DNA of 28,194 nt from a virus. Its lineage: Duplodnaviria > Caudoviricetes. Below are positions 15,985-24,288 of the stretch, one piece after another. The notes beneath the pieces were generated by a model. The model worked only from the letters and a program-made list of their open reading frames with translations, made no database searches and was not told where the DNA came from. The translations under genes and the position numbers were made by a program. The DNA is taken from positions 1-28,194 of the IMG/VR virus record IMGVR_UViG_3300006896_000005. The stretch is one strand, 5' to 3'. How positions within the stretch are numbered: the first letter of the stretch is position 1; the number at the start of each line of letters is the position of its first letter.

Positions 15985-16345
15985 TAGAGACCCTCCTGTT
16001 CCATGCGGTGATGGCTTCAGCTGTTGTATAGAATACTTCTCCCTGCGCTGAACAGTTATAACAAAACACAAATGTCTCAGTCGTGAAAAAACCACTATCA
16101 TTTACTCCAGCCTTATCCCCACAAAATGGACACCGATCTATTAAACTCTCTATTTCTTCTTCGCTCAAATCATAAATAGAAAACAGCTTTACAATTAAAT
16201 CTGTCGGGACAGGTACTTCGCCTGTTTCAATCTTTGACAGATACGGGCACGTGTAACCCAGTGCATCAGCCATATCTTTCAGCAAGATGCCCCTGTTGAT
16301 GCGTATCTGCCTTAGAGCTTTACCAAAATATGTTTGCTCCATCAC
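15968..16345 (-). CDS. XRE HTH fused to Lar-like restriction-alleviation zinc ribbon
   Basis: FGKALRQIRINRGILLKDMADALGYTCPYLSKIETG (HTH) followed by CPFCG...CYNC......EAITAWNRR (Lar family signature). Confidence 0.8.
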   Translation of the reverse strand: MMEQTYFGKALRQIRINRGILLKDMADALGYTCPYLSKIETGEVPVPTDLIVKLFSIYDLSEEEIESLIDRCPFCGDKAGVNDSGFFTTETFVFCYNCSAQGEVFYTTAEAITAWNRRVSNDQPR

Positions 16346-16569
16346 TCAACCTCCTCCGGGAACTTAATCGGCATCCATGCGATGATGTTCTCTTGTGATA
16401 TTTCCTCATCACGATGGTCGGCTGTGATAAATTTGCCATGTTCCAGATATACATGCCCCAATGTTGCGGTCTCATAATCATACTCAGGGGTTATAGCTAA
16501 ATACACCACCACGCAATCACATTCCTCAGTCGGCAGCTCCGTGCCCTTATGCCACTTGTAAAGTTCCAT
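16342..16569 (-). CDS. DUF551-like phage protein
   Basis: KWH...ELP...CVV and IIAWMPI.FPE termini. Confidence 0.6.
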   Translation of the reverse strand: MELYKWHKGTELPTEECDCVVVYLAITPEYDYETATLGHVYLEHGKFITADHRDEEISQENIIAWMPIKFPEEVE

Positions 16570-16862
16570 TAGGCTGAGGCCTCCTTTGTCTTCTCTTTCA
16601 TGTCATCAATGTTCCTTGTCCAATTCCGGTTGAAATCTTCTATCGCCTTTTCTGGGCTGTTCCCGAATCCACACACGCCATCTTGAATATTATCTCCGTA
16701 TAACGCGCACCACTTGTCACCGTCAAGATAGATCTTGGGTTTGTAATTTATGCTTGGCATATAAGCAAGGTACCGCAAATCTTCATAATGAAAAGTGGCA
16801 AGCCTAATGTCAACATTCAAACGCTCGTTCCAATAATCCGCTTCTGTTGTGATTCCGCTCAT
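16569..16862 (-). CDS. Hypothetical phage protein
   Basis: DGDKWCALYGDNIQDGVCGFGNSPEKAIEDF; ATG 16862 after SD GGAGGGTG. Confidence 0.7.
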   Translation of the reverse strand: MSGITTEADYWNERLNVDIRLATFHYEDLRYLAYMPSINYKPKIYLDGDKWCALYGDNIQDGVCGFGNSPEKAIEDFNRNWTRNIDDMKEKTKEASA

Positions 16863-17055
16863 TCCGCACCCTCCCTTAATATCTTCGGTCAAATCCAACA
16901 CTAGACGGCAACCATAACCATCTTCTCTGAAGTTCTTCGTCGCACTCTCGGCACAAGTTTGTTCCATCTGTGTATGCGTGATACTCGTCACACTCCATGT
17001 CAATGGTTTTGCCACACTTACTGCATATTAAAAAATCGCTCATTCCGCACCCTCC
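16856..17055. repeat. 19-bp exact direct repeat at gene junctions (SD + start codon)
   Basis: CGCTCATTCCGCACCCTCC at 16856-16874 and 17037-17055; related GCTCATTCCGCTCCCCC at 15698-15714. Confidence 0.85.
16876..17043 (-). CDS. 55-aa single zinc-ribbon protein (not in ORF track)
   Basis: Hand translation MSDFLICSKCGKTIDMECDEYHAYTDGTNLCRECDEELQRRWLWLPSSVGFDRRY; SD GGAGGGTG and ATGA overlap. Confidence 0.7.
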   Translation of the reverse strand: MSDFLICSKCGKTIDMECDEYHAYTDGTNLCRECDEELQRRWLWLPSSVGFDRRY

Positions 17056-17285
17056 TTTTGTCTCTTATTGGGGCTTTTTAAATAAAACTCACCTGCACAA
17101 CGGGCATGAAAAAAACACACTGCACGTAAATCAACTGGCCCTATGTGAATTAGCTCAACACATATGCCTTCTTCGTCATTAAATGGCTTGCCACACACCC
17201 CACAAAGCACCGGGATAAAAGTTTTTTCTTTTGTTTTATATACGTCCACTATCCATCGCCGCCCCTTCCCTGCCCATCTGTTCAT
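17040..17285 (-). CDS. Small zinc-finger-like hypothetical protein
   Basis: CGVCGKPF...FFHARC. Confidence 0.55.
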   Translation of the reverse strand: MNRWAGKGRRWIVDVYKTKEKTFIPVLCGVCGKPFNDEEGICVELIHIGPVDLRAVCFFHARCAGEFYLKSPNKRQKEGAE

Positions 17286-17775
17286 CTAAATCCCTTCCCT
17301 GATAAACAGTCTCTCCCAGCAAGTACGCCTGACTTACTCCAAGCGCTTCTGCCAACCTCCTCAGCCTATTGCCTACAGGGTTGTATTCTCCGGCCTCCCA
17401 GTAAGAAATTGTGCCCTGTTTTACATTGACCTTTTTTGCGAGTTCTGTCTGAGACATACCTATGTCTATTCTTTTTGTTTGTATTCTTACTCCAATAGAA
17501 CTGCAAGAACGGGAGCAGTCTAAAACTGGAGCAGAGCCTTGTTGCTGGCTCCGCCCCTCCAACTTCTCTATGTGAATTGATTCGGCTTGCGGCAGTTTTT
17601 CCATAAAATCAACCACCTCGTCAACTGTGCCTCCGGGCACAATATAGTCAACCGTGACCCTCCACACGCTAGACTCCCGCTTTTCCAGTACGCTGTTTAT
17701 TATTTCATCCATCAAGCTGGTCTTTAAGAGCTTGGCTGGTTTATTTTTACTGGACAAAGCACACCCTCCTGTCAT
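17236..17775 (-). CDS. Protein with C-terminal XRE HTH domain
   Basis: IGVRIQTKRIDIGMSQTELAKKVNVKQGTISYWEAG..NP....LRRLAEALGVSQAYLL. Confidence 0.8.
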   Translation of the reverse strand: MTGGCALSSKNKPAKLLKTSLMDEIINSVLEKRESSVWRVTVDYIVPGGTVDEVVDFMEKLPQAESIHIEKLEGRSQQQGSAPVLDCSRSCSSIGVRIQTKRIDIGMSQTELAKKVNVKQGTISYWEAGEYNPVGNRLRRLAEALGVSQAYLLGETVYQGRDLDEQMGREGAAMDSGRI

Positions 17776-17799
17776 AAAACATCACCTAATGGTAATAGT

Positions 17800-19332
17800 T
17801 TAGCACGAACAGGTCTCTTCGTTAATCCCCCTTTCTTCCATATATGCCTTTAATTCCGGGCTGTAGCATTCCATTTTTTCAAGGAATTCAGAGGGGGCCA
17901 TGCTCCATATTTGATATCTTGTGTGCGCTTCAGCACACGTGATAAGGAAGTCGAAGTAATGGAGGCACGCTATGATAGATGAGACCTTCATCGTTCCCCT
18001 ACATGCCCTGAACTCGACTGTTCCAACCTTTGTCAGGTTAATGGCAACATACCTGTCGTTCCATCTGGACGTTTTCTTTGCAATAGAGACGGTTCTGGCA
18101 AAATCCCCTTCGGATTCTATGGCCATAGGTCTCTTCCCCCACTGCGAGAGCCTATTCTCCTTACGCCTCGATACTCTAAACGTGGTGTTCCAGAATTTAT
18201 TGACCAGCATAAGCAGTTTGGCAATGGTTTCACAGGACATGGAGTTCTTGGATACATGGAAGTGCAGGCCACAGGTACTCGTATCGTGGCTTCTGTATTT
18301 GTTTTTAATAAGGAATTTCATGGCCTCCTCTAGTTTACCGAAGAAACCTGCCTGTTTCATATAAGCCAGTGTCATTGGCTGGCTGATAAGCTCAAATCCG
18401 CAACGCAGAGACCCGTCACTCTTTGCCATCCAATAGTTCCACGCCTCATTTTCGCCATGATTAAGTATTCTGCCAAGTACGTCTTCTACAATATTATCGC
18501 GCCTTTCTCTTCCCCATGGGTCACAGTCATCCGGTATATCTACCTCTATCTCCATTCCGTAGTAACGGGCAACAACAGGCTCGCTTTCTTCTACACGATA
18601 GAAGCACCGTGGGGTATTGTCGTAAGCGCCGTGCATTAAGGTCGGAGGTTCGCGGTGCTTCAGCGCGGCTGTTGAAAGTATGTATTCCTCTGACATTTCA
18701 TGCTCATCGTCTTCACCAGATCCGCTCCTAGCATCACAGTGATCGCCGTTTTCCTCCCAGCAGGATTCGCACATATACTCTTCGGATTCTTCATTCCAGA
18801 ACATTTCGTTTCTCCGAAATGCTCGCCCACATTCAGAACATGTCTCGAAGCTATGGTCATAGCAAGATTCACAGACACACCCTTCTTCTGTTTGATAAGC
18901 ACAGTCATCGTGTTCTATGCGCCCGCATTCTTCACACCTAAAATAGTTTTGGTTAAAACAATCTTCGCACATATCGCCCCCTCCGTAATCTCCGGCATAC
19001 GAAGAGCCGGAATAAAAGTTGCGGCAGTCAGAACACTGGAAATAATCACCGTCAGAATAACAGTCGCCGCATATGTGTATATCGAGATCTTCTATGTATA
19101 TCGAATCATCTGTCAGGTGATATTCATGGCATTTATCGCAAAGACTATAGTTAGTTAGACAGGAAGAGCACACAAAATCTCCGTCGGCAATTTCGGTTGC
19201 TTCTGACGGTTTTATTTCTTCACAGCAATTTGCGCATATAACCATCTCTTCTTCCTCTGTGGCATCTTCTATTGTTTCTATCTCAGGTATTTCAATCACG
19301 GGCGCTGATACTTCAATAACGATAGATTCCAT
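17800..19332 (-). CDS. Amidoligase (COOH-NH2 ligase, Amidoligase_2-like) with N-terminal zinc-ribbon repeats
   Basis: YGMEIEV, KSDGSL..GFELISQP, TCGLHFHVS, RYVAINL and TVEFR motifs; 10 CxxC motifs in an acidic N-terminal region. Confidence 0.85.
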   Translation of the reverse strand: MESIVIEVSAPVIEIPEIETIEDATEEEEMVICANCCEEIKPSEATEIADGDFVCSSCLTNYSLCDKCHEYHLTDDSIYIEDLDIHICGDCYSDGDYFQCSDCRNFYSGSSYAGDYGGGDMCEDCFNQNYFRCEECGRIEHDDCAYQTEEGCVCESCYDHSFETCSECGRAFRRNEMFWNEESEEYMCESCWEENGDHCDARSGSGEDDEHEMSEEYILSTAALKHREPPTLMHGAYDNTPRCFYRVEESEPVVARYYGMEIEVDIPDDCDPWGRERRDNIVEDVLGRILNHGENEAWNYWMAKSDGSLRCGFELISQPMTLAYMKQAGFFGKLEEAMKFLIKNKYRSHDTSTCGLHFHVSKNSMSCETIAKLLMLVNKFWNTTFRVSRRKENRLSQWGKRPMAIESEGDFARTVSIAKKTSRWNDRYVAINLTKVGTVEFRACRGTMKVSSIIACLHYFDFLITCAEAHTRYQIWSMAPSEFLEKMECYSPELKAYMEERGINEETCSC

Positions 19333-19344
19333 AATATCTCCTCC

Positions 19345-19689
19345 TTATTCTCTGCTGATTCTGCCTAGTTTATTTGCACCCAATACCCTATGGGTCTGTT
19401 CGTCTCTTATTATCCCAAGCGGAAAGAACAGATCATCTCTGCCCCTTGCCGCCTGAGCTACCATTTGTGATACAATTAATGCAGTACCCTCCTCTGGGTC
19501 TGGCAGGTCAACTACCTCTCCGTGGTTGACCCAAGCAACGGGGATGCCCATTACAGGCTCCCCATCTTCTTCGTTAATAACGATTCTTGCACATAGATCT
19601 GAGGGGTCTATCGTAAAGGCACCTCCTCCAACAAGTATCCGCACTTGATGTGGCGTAAGGTTTTTAATTCGCTTTGTTTTTTCATCCAT
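19345..19689 (-). CDS. Small NLTPH-motif protein
   Basis: IKNLTPHQV...PS...ARI...LPDPEEGTALIVSQMVA...R.DL..P..IRD; I recognise this as a recurrent phage family but the function is uncertain. Confidence 0.7.
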   Translation of the reverse strand: MDEKTKRIKNLTPHQVRILVGGGAFTIDPSDLCARIVINEEDGEPVMGIPVAWVNHGEVVDLPDPEEGTALIVSQMVAQAARGRDDLFFPLGIIRDEQTHRVLGANKLGRISRE

Positions 19690-19692
19690 GCA

Positions 19693-20859
19693 CTAATCCT
19701 CCATGCTCGTGTCGTAGCAACCACCCTTGAATTCCCTTGTATACACCCCTGCAAGGGCGTGATCGGACATGGCTGATTCGTATCCTTCCTCTTGACCTAC
19801 AGCCCTGCCGTCACAGAAACCTATGTTGTACTCTGAAGATGGGTCGGCTTTTGCTGTAACCTTATCAAAGTCGTTATTTTCTGTGAACTCGACACTATTA
19901 CGACCATCGTCATACCCTTCCTCATATCCTTCCTCAAATCCTTCGCCATATCCCCTTAAATATTCACCGGCTTCCTTCATTGGAATAACCTTGCCCTGTT
20001 TGGGAGACTCCTTTTTCTTCTCAGACCCACTGGCCTTTGTATCTATTACGGGCAGGGCGCTTGATTCAGGCTTCTCCTCCTTTTTTAATTCAGTCAGCTT
20101 CACTGCTTTTGTTTCAGTTGCCTTACTTACACATGGCTCTCGGTATATTCCATTAAAGTAATAATCTGGGTCATAATCATTCCCGGCGTAAGAGGTAAAT
20201 CGTGTATAATCAGACCCCCTCCAGTAGCCCTTAGATGCCTTGACCAATTGCCTGTCTTCTTTTCCATTCTTCCACTGGTATCCATCAGGGAGCTTCTCAC
20301 CAAAAGGCATGGCCTCAGGGAGCAGGGTAGAGGCATGGAGAGTGCAGTTGCCCTTATTCCATTTGTGTAGTGTGCCCCCTGCCTGCACTGCAAAAGGAAG
20401 TCCTCCGACACAGCCGATAAATACGCTGGATAGTTCTCCTAATGCTTTTGTCGCATCGTTCAGGCCGGCTCCGACGATATTCTTAAATATAATCTCAGTG
20501 TCTGTCCGGTTAAATGCTCCGGCGATGGTCCTGAGGGTATATTCCGTACCGTTCATAGCAAGGCAGTCGTTGTCAACCACAAACGGATGACAATTAGCAT
20601 CGTTGGTCCCTCCTACACTGTTTATCCTTGTGTGATAGATAAGATAGTCCCACCTTACCTTTCTAATCCTGCCGTATATCTCCCCGTTGGACAGCTTGAC
20701 CCCCTTGCGTGATTCGATTATCGTTCTGTCCTTTATGAGCGCGTATCCGTTGCCGTGTCCGCCGCATTCCTTCTCCAAGTGGTTCATCAACGCAAGAATG
20801 CCATGCTTCCTGTCAAATAGGTTAAAATCGTTCTTGCTTACAAGTAATACTCTGCACAT
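19693..20859 (-). CDS. Class II (Ntn) glutamine amidotransferase-like protein with acidic C-terminal tail
   Basis: M-C-R N-terminus (catalytic Cys after Met removal), HGNGYA, YHTRINSVG, NCHPF, MNG and TDTE motifs. Confidence 0.85.
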   Translation of the reverse strand: MCRVLLVSKNDFNLFDRKHGILALMNHLEKECGGHGNGYALIKDRTIIESRKGVKLSNGEIYGRIRKVRWDYLIYHTRINSVGGTNDANCHPFVVDNDCLAMNGTEYTLRTIAGAFNRTDTEIIFKNIVGAGLNDATKALGELSSVFIGCVGGLPFAVQAGGTLHKWNKGNCTLHASTLLPEAMPFGEKLPDGYQWKNGKEDRQLVKASKGYWRGSDYTRFTSYAGNDYDPDYYFNGIYREPCVSKATETKAVKLTELKKEEKPESSALPVIDTKASGSEKKKESPKQGKVIPMKEAGEYLRGYGEGFEEGYEEGYDDGRNSVEFTENNDFDKVTAKADPSSEYNIGFCDGRAVGQEEGYESAMSDHALAGVYTREFKGGCYDTSMED

Positions 20860-20907
20860 ATACACATCATCCTTTCAATTTTTATTAAACTGGACTGATA
20901 CAAGCTG

Positions 20908-22779
20908 TTATTCGCCATCTGGAGATTCATCTGGGAATAGCGGAATGCATTCATATGGGGCGTAAACATACCTTGTGTGATATTCTGTGCTGGTAGTGGC
21001 ATACGTTGACTCAGTGTCTATTTCGCTTGTCGGTATCACGGTTGGACTCATATCGTCATTTAGCCACGTACGCGCCCTTTCGCCAGAGATTCTTATTAAT
21101 TCGTCAATAGCACCAAGGTCCTGTAAACTCGGCGGCTGAATTGGCTCGTCGATGCTCCGTGGGGCAGGAGACAATGGGGCTTGTCTCAGTAGTCCTCTGT
21201 ATGGATTTGGACGATCGAAATCTTGCCGAGGTGGAGTCAATGGGTAGCTTCTGCCATATATGCGCTCGGTCATAGTGCTGGCAGTCAACTCACCGGGACC
21301 TGGAGCCGAGCACAAACCACCACAACCACCACTTTGGGCTTGATTAGGTGCGCTTCCAGCAAACTCACCAAATATCGGGTTATACCTAATTCGCGGTGAT
21401 TGCTCTGTGATATATTCCTCTATATTTGGCAGTCTTTTTTCTATCAGCATATCAAGTTCCGGGCTGAAGCCCTTGGCATTATTCACAAACTGTTTCCATT
21501 TCATCCTATATAGCCTGTAAGCAGTAATGTTCTCCGCGATATCTATCATGTACCGGAACAGGTCGAGGCAACCGCAGAATGTATTTAGATCCAGAGTCCC
21601 CTTAAATATCCGAAACTCTACCGTAGACTCATTTGATACATTGAGCGCTGTATGCCTTTCTCTTAGTTCCCTGTTTCTAACAAGAACACTGACCGCATTT
21701 ACCTTTTCCTCTGAGTTATTGGCTTCCCTAAAAATACGCCTCAACGTAAGCATGTGTGATCTGGCGTATTCGTCGTATGTACAAATATCAGTCCTCCCGC
21801 TCAAATTAAATAACTCAGATCTAAATCTCTCAGAAAGCAACAGCAGTTTTACTATTGCATCCAAACTCAGGCTGTCGCGTGATACATGAAAGTGCAGACC
21901 GCACATTCTGGTTTTTTCACTCTCCCAACCGCAAGCCCTCAGCAATTTCAGCGTCTGCCTTAACAATGGCTTTATTTCACACTGAAAATATCCGAAGGTG
22001 AACGGCTGGCTGATAAGCTCAAAAGAGTTGGGGCACTCTCTTCGTATACTTCCATCCTCCTCGAAATAGAAACGCCCATAGTTGTCTGTCTGGGCAATCA
22101 TCTCTGTCATTTCGCCCGAACGGACATTTCCAAGACCACCTATCACCTCCAACTCAAAACCAAAGTGCCTATTTGTTTTTTCCCATGGCTGTCTATAAAA
22201 CAATGGCTCTTCTTCCTTGTGATAGTGCCACTGTTTTACATGCACTTCTCTGTGTTCCCGATCCTTACAGGAGTAACACTCATTGCATATCCTTCCCCAC
22301 ATGGATTCGACCATGTTTTCACTAACACAATACCCTCCGCATTGCTCGCACTTTTCCATTCCCTTAATGCACTCTGCGCATAGATTATTCTGGGGATCGC
22401 CCCTGTTAGATACGCTAAAATAATCTCCACAAGAATTGCATTGGAAATAGTTTTTACTCCTGCACTCACGGCACGCGATCACCTTTGTGCCGTCGTGAAG
22501 CCGTAATTTACATATACCAGATTTTGGAATTGCCTTCCCGCATTCTGGACAATATGTATAAGCTTCGTTAAAACACTCTTTACACACAAAGAATGTTCCA
22601 CTATGAGGATTATTAACACTAATTAAATCCTCTTCTTTGTGCCATGTATTACAATGTTGGCATGAGAAGATCCCAAGTTTGTGCAAACAATCTAACCCGC
22701 ACACAATGTGCCCCTCCACCTCGAACATGCGACTTTCTTCGTCCGTTTTGCCGCAATATTCGCAAGTCAACATTTTCAA
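20908..22779 (-). CDS. Second amidoligase with N-terminal zinc-ribbon repeats and Pro/Ser/Thr-rich tail
   Basis: HFGFELEV, EEDGSI, FELISQP, MCGLHFHVS, RHTALNV and TVEFRIFKGT; 9 CxxC + 1 CxxxC; TTG 22779 after SD GGAGGTGA (track start 22794). Confidence 0.85.
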   Translation of the reverse strand: MKMLTCEYCGKTDEESRMFEVEGHIVCGLDCLHKLGIFSCQHCNTWHKEEDLISVNNPHSGTFFVCKECFNEAYTYCPECGKAIPKSGICKLRLHDGTKVIACRECRSKNYFQCNSCGDYFSVSNRGDPQNNLCAECIKGMEKCEQCGGYCVSENMVESMWGRICNECYSCKDREHREVHVKQWHYHKEEEPLFYRQPWEKTNRHFGFELEVIGGLGNVRSGEMTEMIAQTDNYGRFYFEEDGSIRRECPNSFELISQPFTFGYFQCEIKPLLRQTLKLLRACGWESEKTRMCGLHFHVSRDSLSLDAIVKLLLLSERFRSELFNLSGRTDICTYDEYARSHMLTLRRIFREANNSEEKVNAVSVLVRNRELRERHTALNVSNESTVEFRIFKGTLDLNTFCGCLDLFRYMIDIAENITAYRLYRMKWKQFVNNAKGFSPELDMLIEKRLPNIEEYITEQSPRIRYNPIFGEFAGSAPNQAQSGGCGGLCSAPGPGELTASTMTERIYGRSYPLTPPRQDFDRPNPYRGLLRQAPLSPAPRSIDEPIQPPSLQDLGAIDELIRISGERARTWLNDDMSPTVIPTSEIDTESTYATTSTEYHTRYVYAPYECIPLFPDESPDGE

Positions 22780-22800
22780 ATTACTCACCTCCATATGGGT

Positions 22801-23073
22801 TTAACCGCAATAATTACACTTACCGAAAGATATCTGTGTTTTAATGGCATCGCAGATGAGCAAATACTCATCCTTCGTAATGTTATATTTTCTCAACACC
22901 TCCTGTCTTGGCAGAGCTTCTATGAACTGCATATTTCCACATCCTCCACCCTGAGCAAGTTCGGGAGCCATGTCTTGCATTTCTCCAAATCCTGAGTAAC
23001 GAGCTACGCGACCATTAATCTCAAATTCCTGTAGATCACATCTATGCGTACAACGCCAGCACGCTAGTCTCAC
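22801..23073 (-). CDS. Small Cys-containing hypothetical protein
   Basis: CWRC, GCGNMQF, VLRKYNIT..EY..IC and terminal CNYC; SD AAGGAGGT. Confidence 0.7.
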   Translation of the reverse strand: MRLACWRCTHRCDLQEFEINGRVARYSGFGEMQDMAPELAQGGGCGNMQFIEALPRQEVLRKYNITKDEYLLICDAIKTQISFGKCNYCG

Positions 23074-23098
23074 ATTAATACCTCCTTAATTCACAATA

Positions 23099-23133
23099 AA
23101 TAAGCAGACCCTAAAAAATCAGGTCTGCTTATT
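23099..23133 (-). terminator. Terminator-like hairpin upstream of the amidoligase module
   Basis: 12-bp perfect inverted repeat AATAAGCAGACC (23099-23110) / GGTCTGCTTATT (23122-23133); U-rich run at its base on the minus strand. Confidence 0.6.
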
Positions 23134-23230
23134 GCGTCAATATAAAATAACTAAAAACACTTTTATCTGTCACTGCAACCATTCACAATACCTCCTTACA
23201 ATAGTGTGATTTTTTGCACATAATTACTTG

Positions 23231-23413
23231 TTATTGTGTGATCCCCTCCTCCAGTCCCTTGATAAGCAGATACGCTTTCTGTTCATTGGCTTCCTCATTA
23301 AGTCTTATGGGAAGCAGGAACTTTTTCTTGAGCCGCTCTATCTCTTCTCTGTTTATTTCTCCGCATCTTTTTGCGTAATCAATTTCTTTACAAAGCATCT
23401 TGTACATATACAT
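23231..23413 (-). CDS. Hypothetical protein
   Basis: Short ORF in the leftward block. Confidence 0.45.
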   Translation of the reverse strand: MYMYKMLCKEIDYAKRCGEINREEIERLKKKFLLPIRLNEEANEQKAYLLIKGLEEGITQ

Positions 23414-23419
23414 TTTGGC

Positions 23420-23617
23420 TTACATCCATTTCTGTGGGACGAACTCACTGTCAATAAGCTCGTCAAATTCATTCCCATATCCTGCAAATCTAATCTGGTG
23501 TTCAAGTTGTAATGCCTTGTCAAACAGCATTTCAAGGACATCCTCATCCTCGATATGTATCTTCATCCTCCTTATTAATTTCTTAATGCGATTGAACATT
23601 CCTTTCTTTGTTGCCAT
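23420..23617 (-). CDS. Hypothetical protein
   Basis: SD AAGGAGGGG before ATG. Confidence 0.6.
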   Translation of the reverse strand: MATKKGMFNRIKKLIRRMKIHIEDEDVLEMLFDKALQLEHQIRFAGYGNEFDELIDSEFVPQKWM

Positions 23618-23745
23618 AACTGTCCCCTCCTTTAGCCTCTCTTATAAACTCCTTACACTCATGTGATATGAGTACCAGTAATACAGCGCATACTGCTATA
23701 CGTATAAGCGGCTCTTCCAACTAAAACCCCATCCTTGATAAATAC

Positions 23746-23937
23746 TCATTGTTTCTCATTTTGTGTTTTATGGAGGGCCTTACATGCCACCTCAAATTCC
23801 ATGGCTAGTTCTTTGTTGGCCCTCTTGAGTTCTGCGTACTCTTCAACCAAACGGTTATATCTATTTTTCAATATTGCGTACTGTTTAGGTAATCCCTTGC
23901 TCATTCTGGCTTCTCTTCTCTTGCTGTGCCAAGACAT
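23746..23937 (-). CDS. Small basic coiled-coil protein
   Basis: MSWHSKRREARMSK...LKNRYNRLVEEYAELKRAN. Confidence 0.55.
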   Translation of the reverse strand: MSWHSKRREARMSKGLPKQYAILKNRYNRLVEEYAELKRANKELAMEFEVACKALHKTQNEKQ

Positions 23938-23939
23938 CT

Positions 23940-24185
23940 TTACGCTTCCCCCTTTATCTTCCTGAACATGATTTTATTCTCTTTTGCCTCTTTTTGTTTA
24001 TACACCCTGTGGGCATATATTGCAACCAAATTGGCAATTTCTCCTTTAATAGCCTGCCTCAATGTGTCTATACTCACACTTAAGGTGTATACATCCTCCT
24101 GCTCGGCATAGCATGTTTTTGAATCGCTGACTATCCTGATTTCCCCTGCCACCATGGCGGGTTCGCGAAAGACCTGTACATACAT
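23940..24185 (-). CDS. Hypothetical protein
   Basis: SD AGGAGGTG before ATG 24185. Confidence 0.55.
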   Translation of the reverse strand: MYVQVFREPAMVAGEIRIVSDSKTCYAEQEDVYTLSVSIDTLRQAIKGEIANLVAIYAHRVYKQKEAKENKIMFRKIKGEA

Positions 24186-24288
24186 ATTGTTTACACCTCC
24201 TGTTCTGCCTTGCTCTTGACCCAAACCACAAACACTAAGAAGCTGAACGCCATCCCAGTTGTTATTACTACTGCAAGATCAGAGCGGG

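Noticed and set aside
17800-22794. Multiheme cytochrome or ferredoxin interpretation of the Cys-rich regions
   Set aside because: Motifs are paired CxxC with ~18-25 aa spacing; only one is followed by His, there is no signal peptide and no CxxCxxC pattern; zinc ribbons fit better
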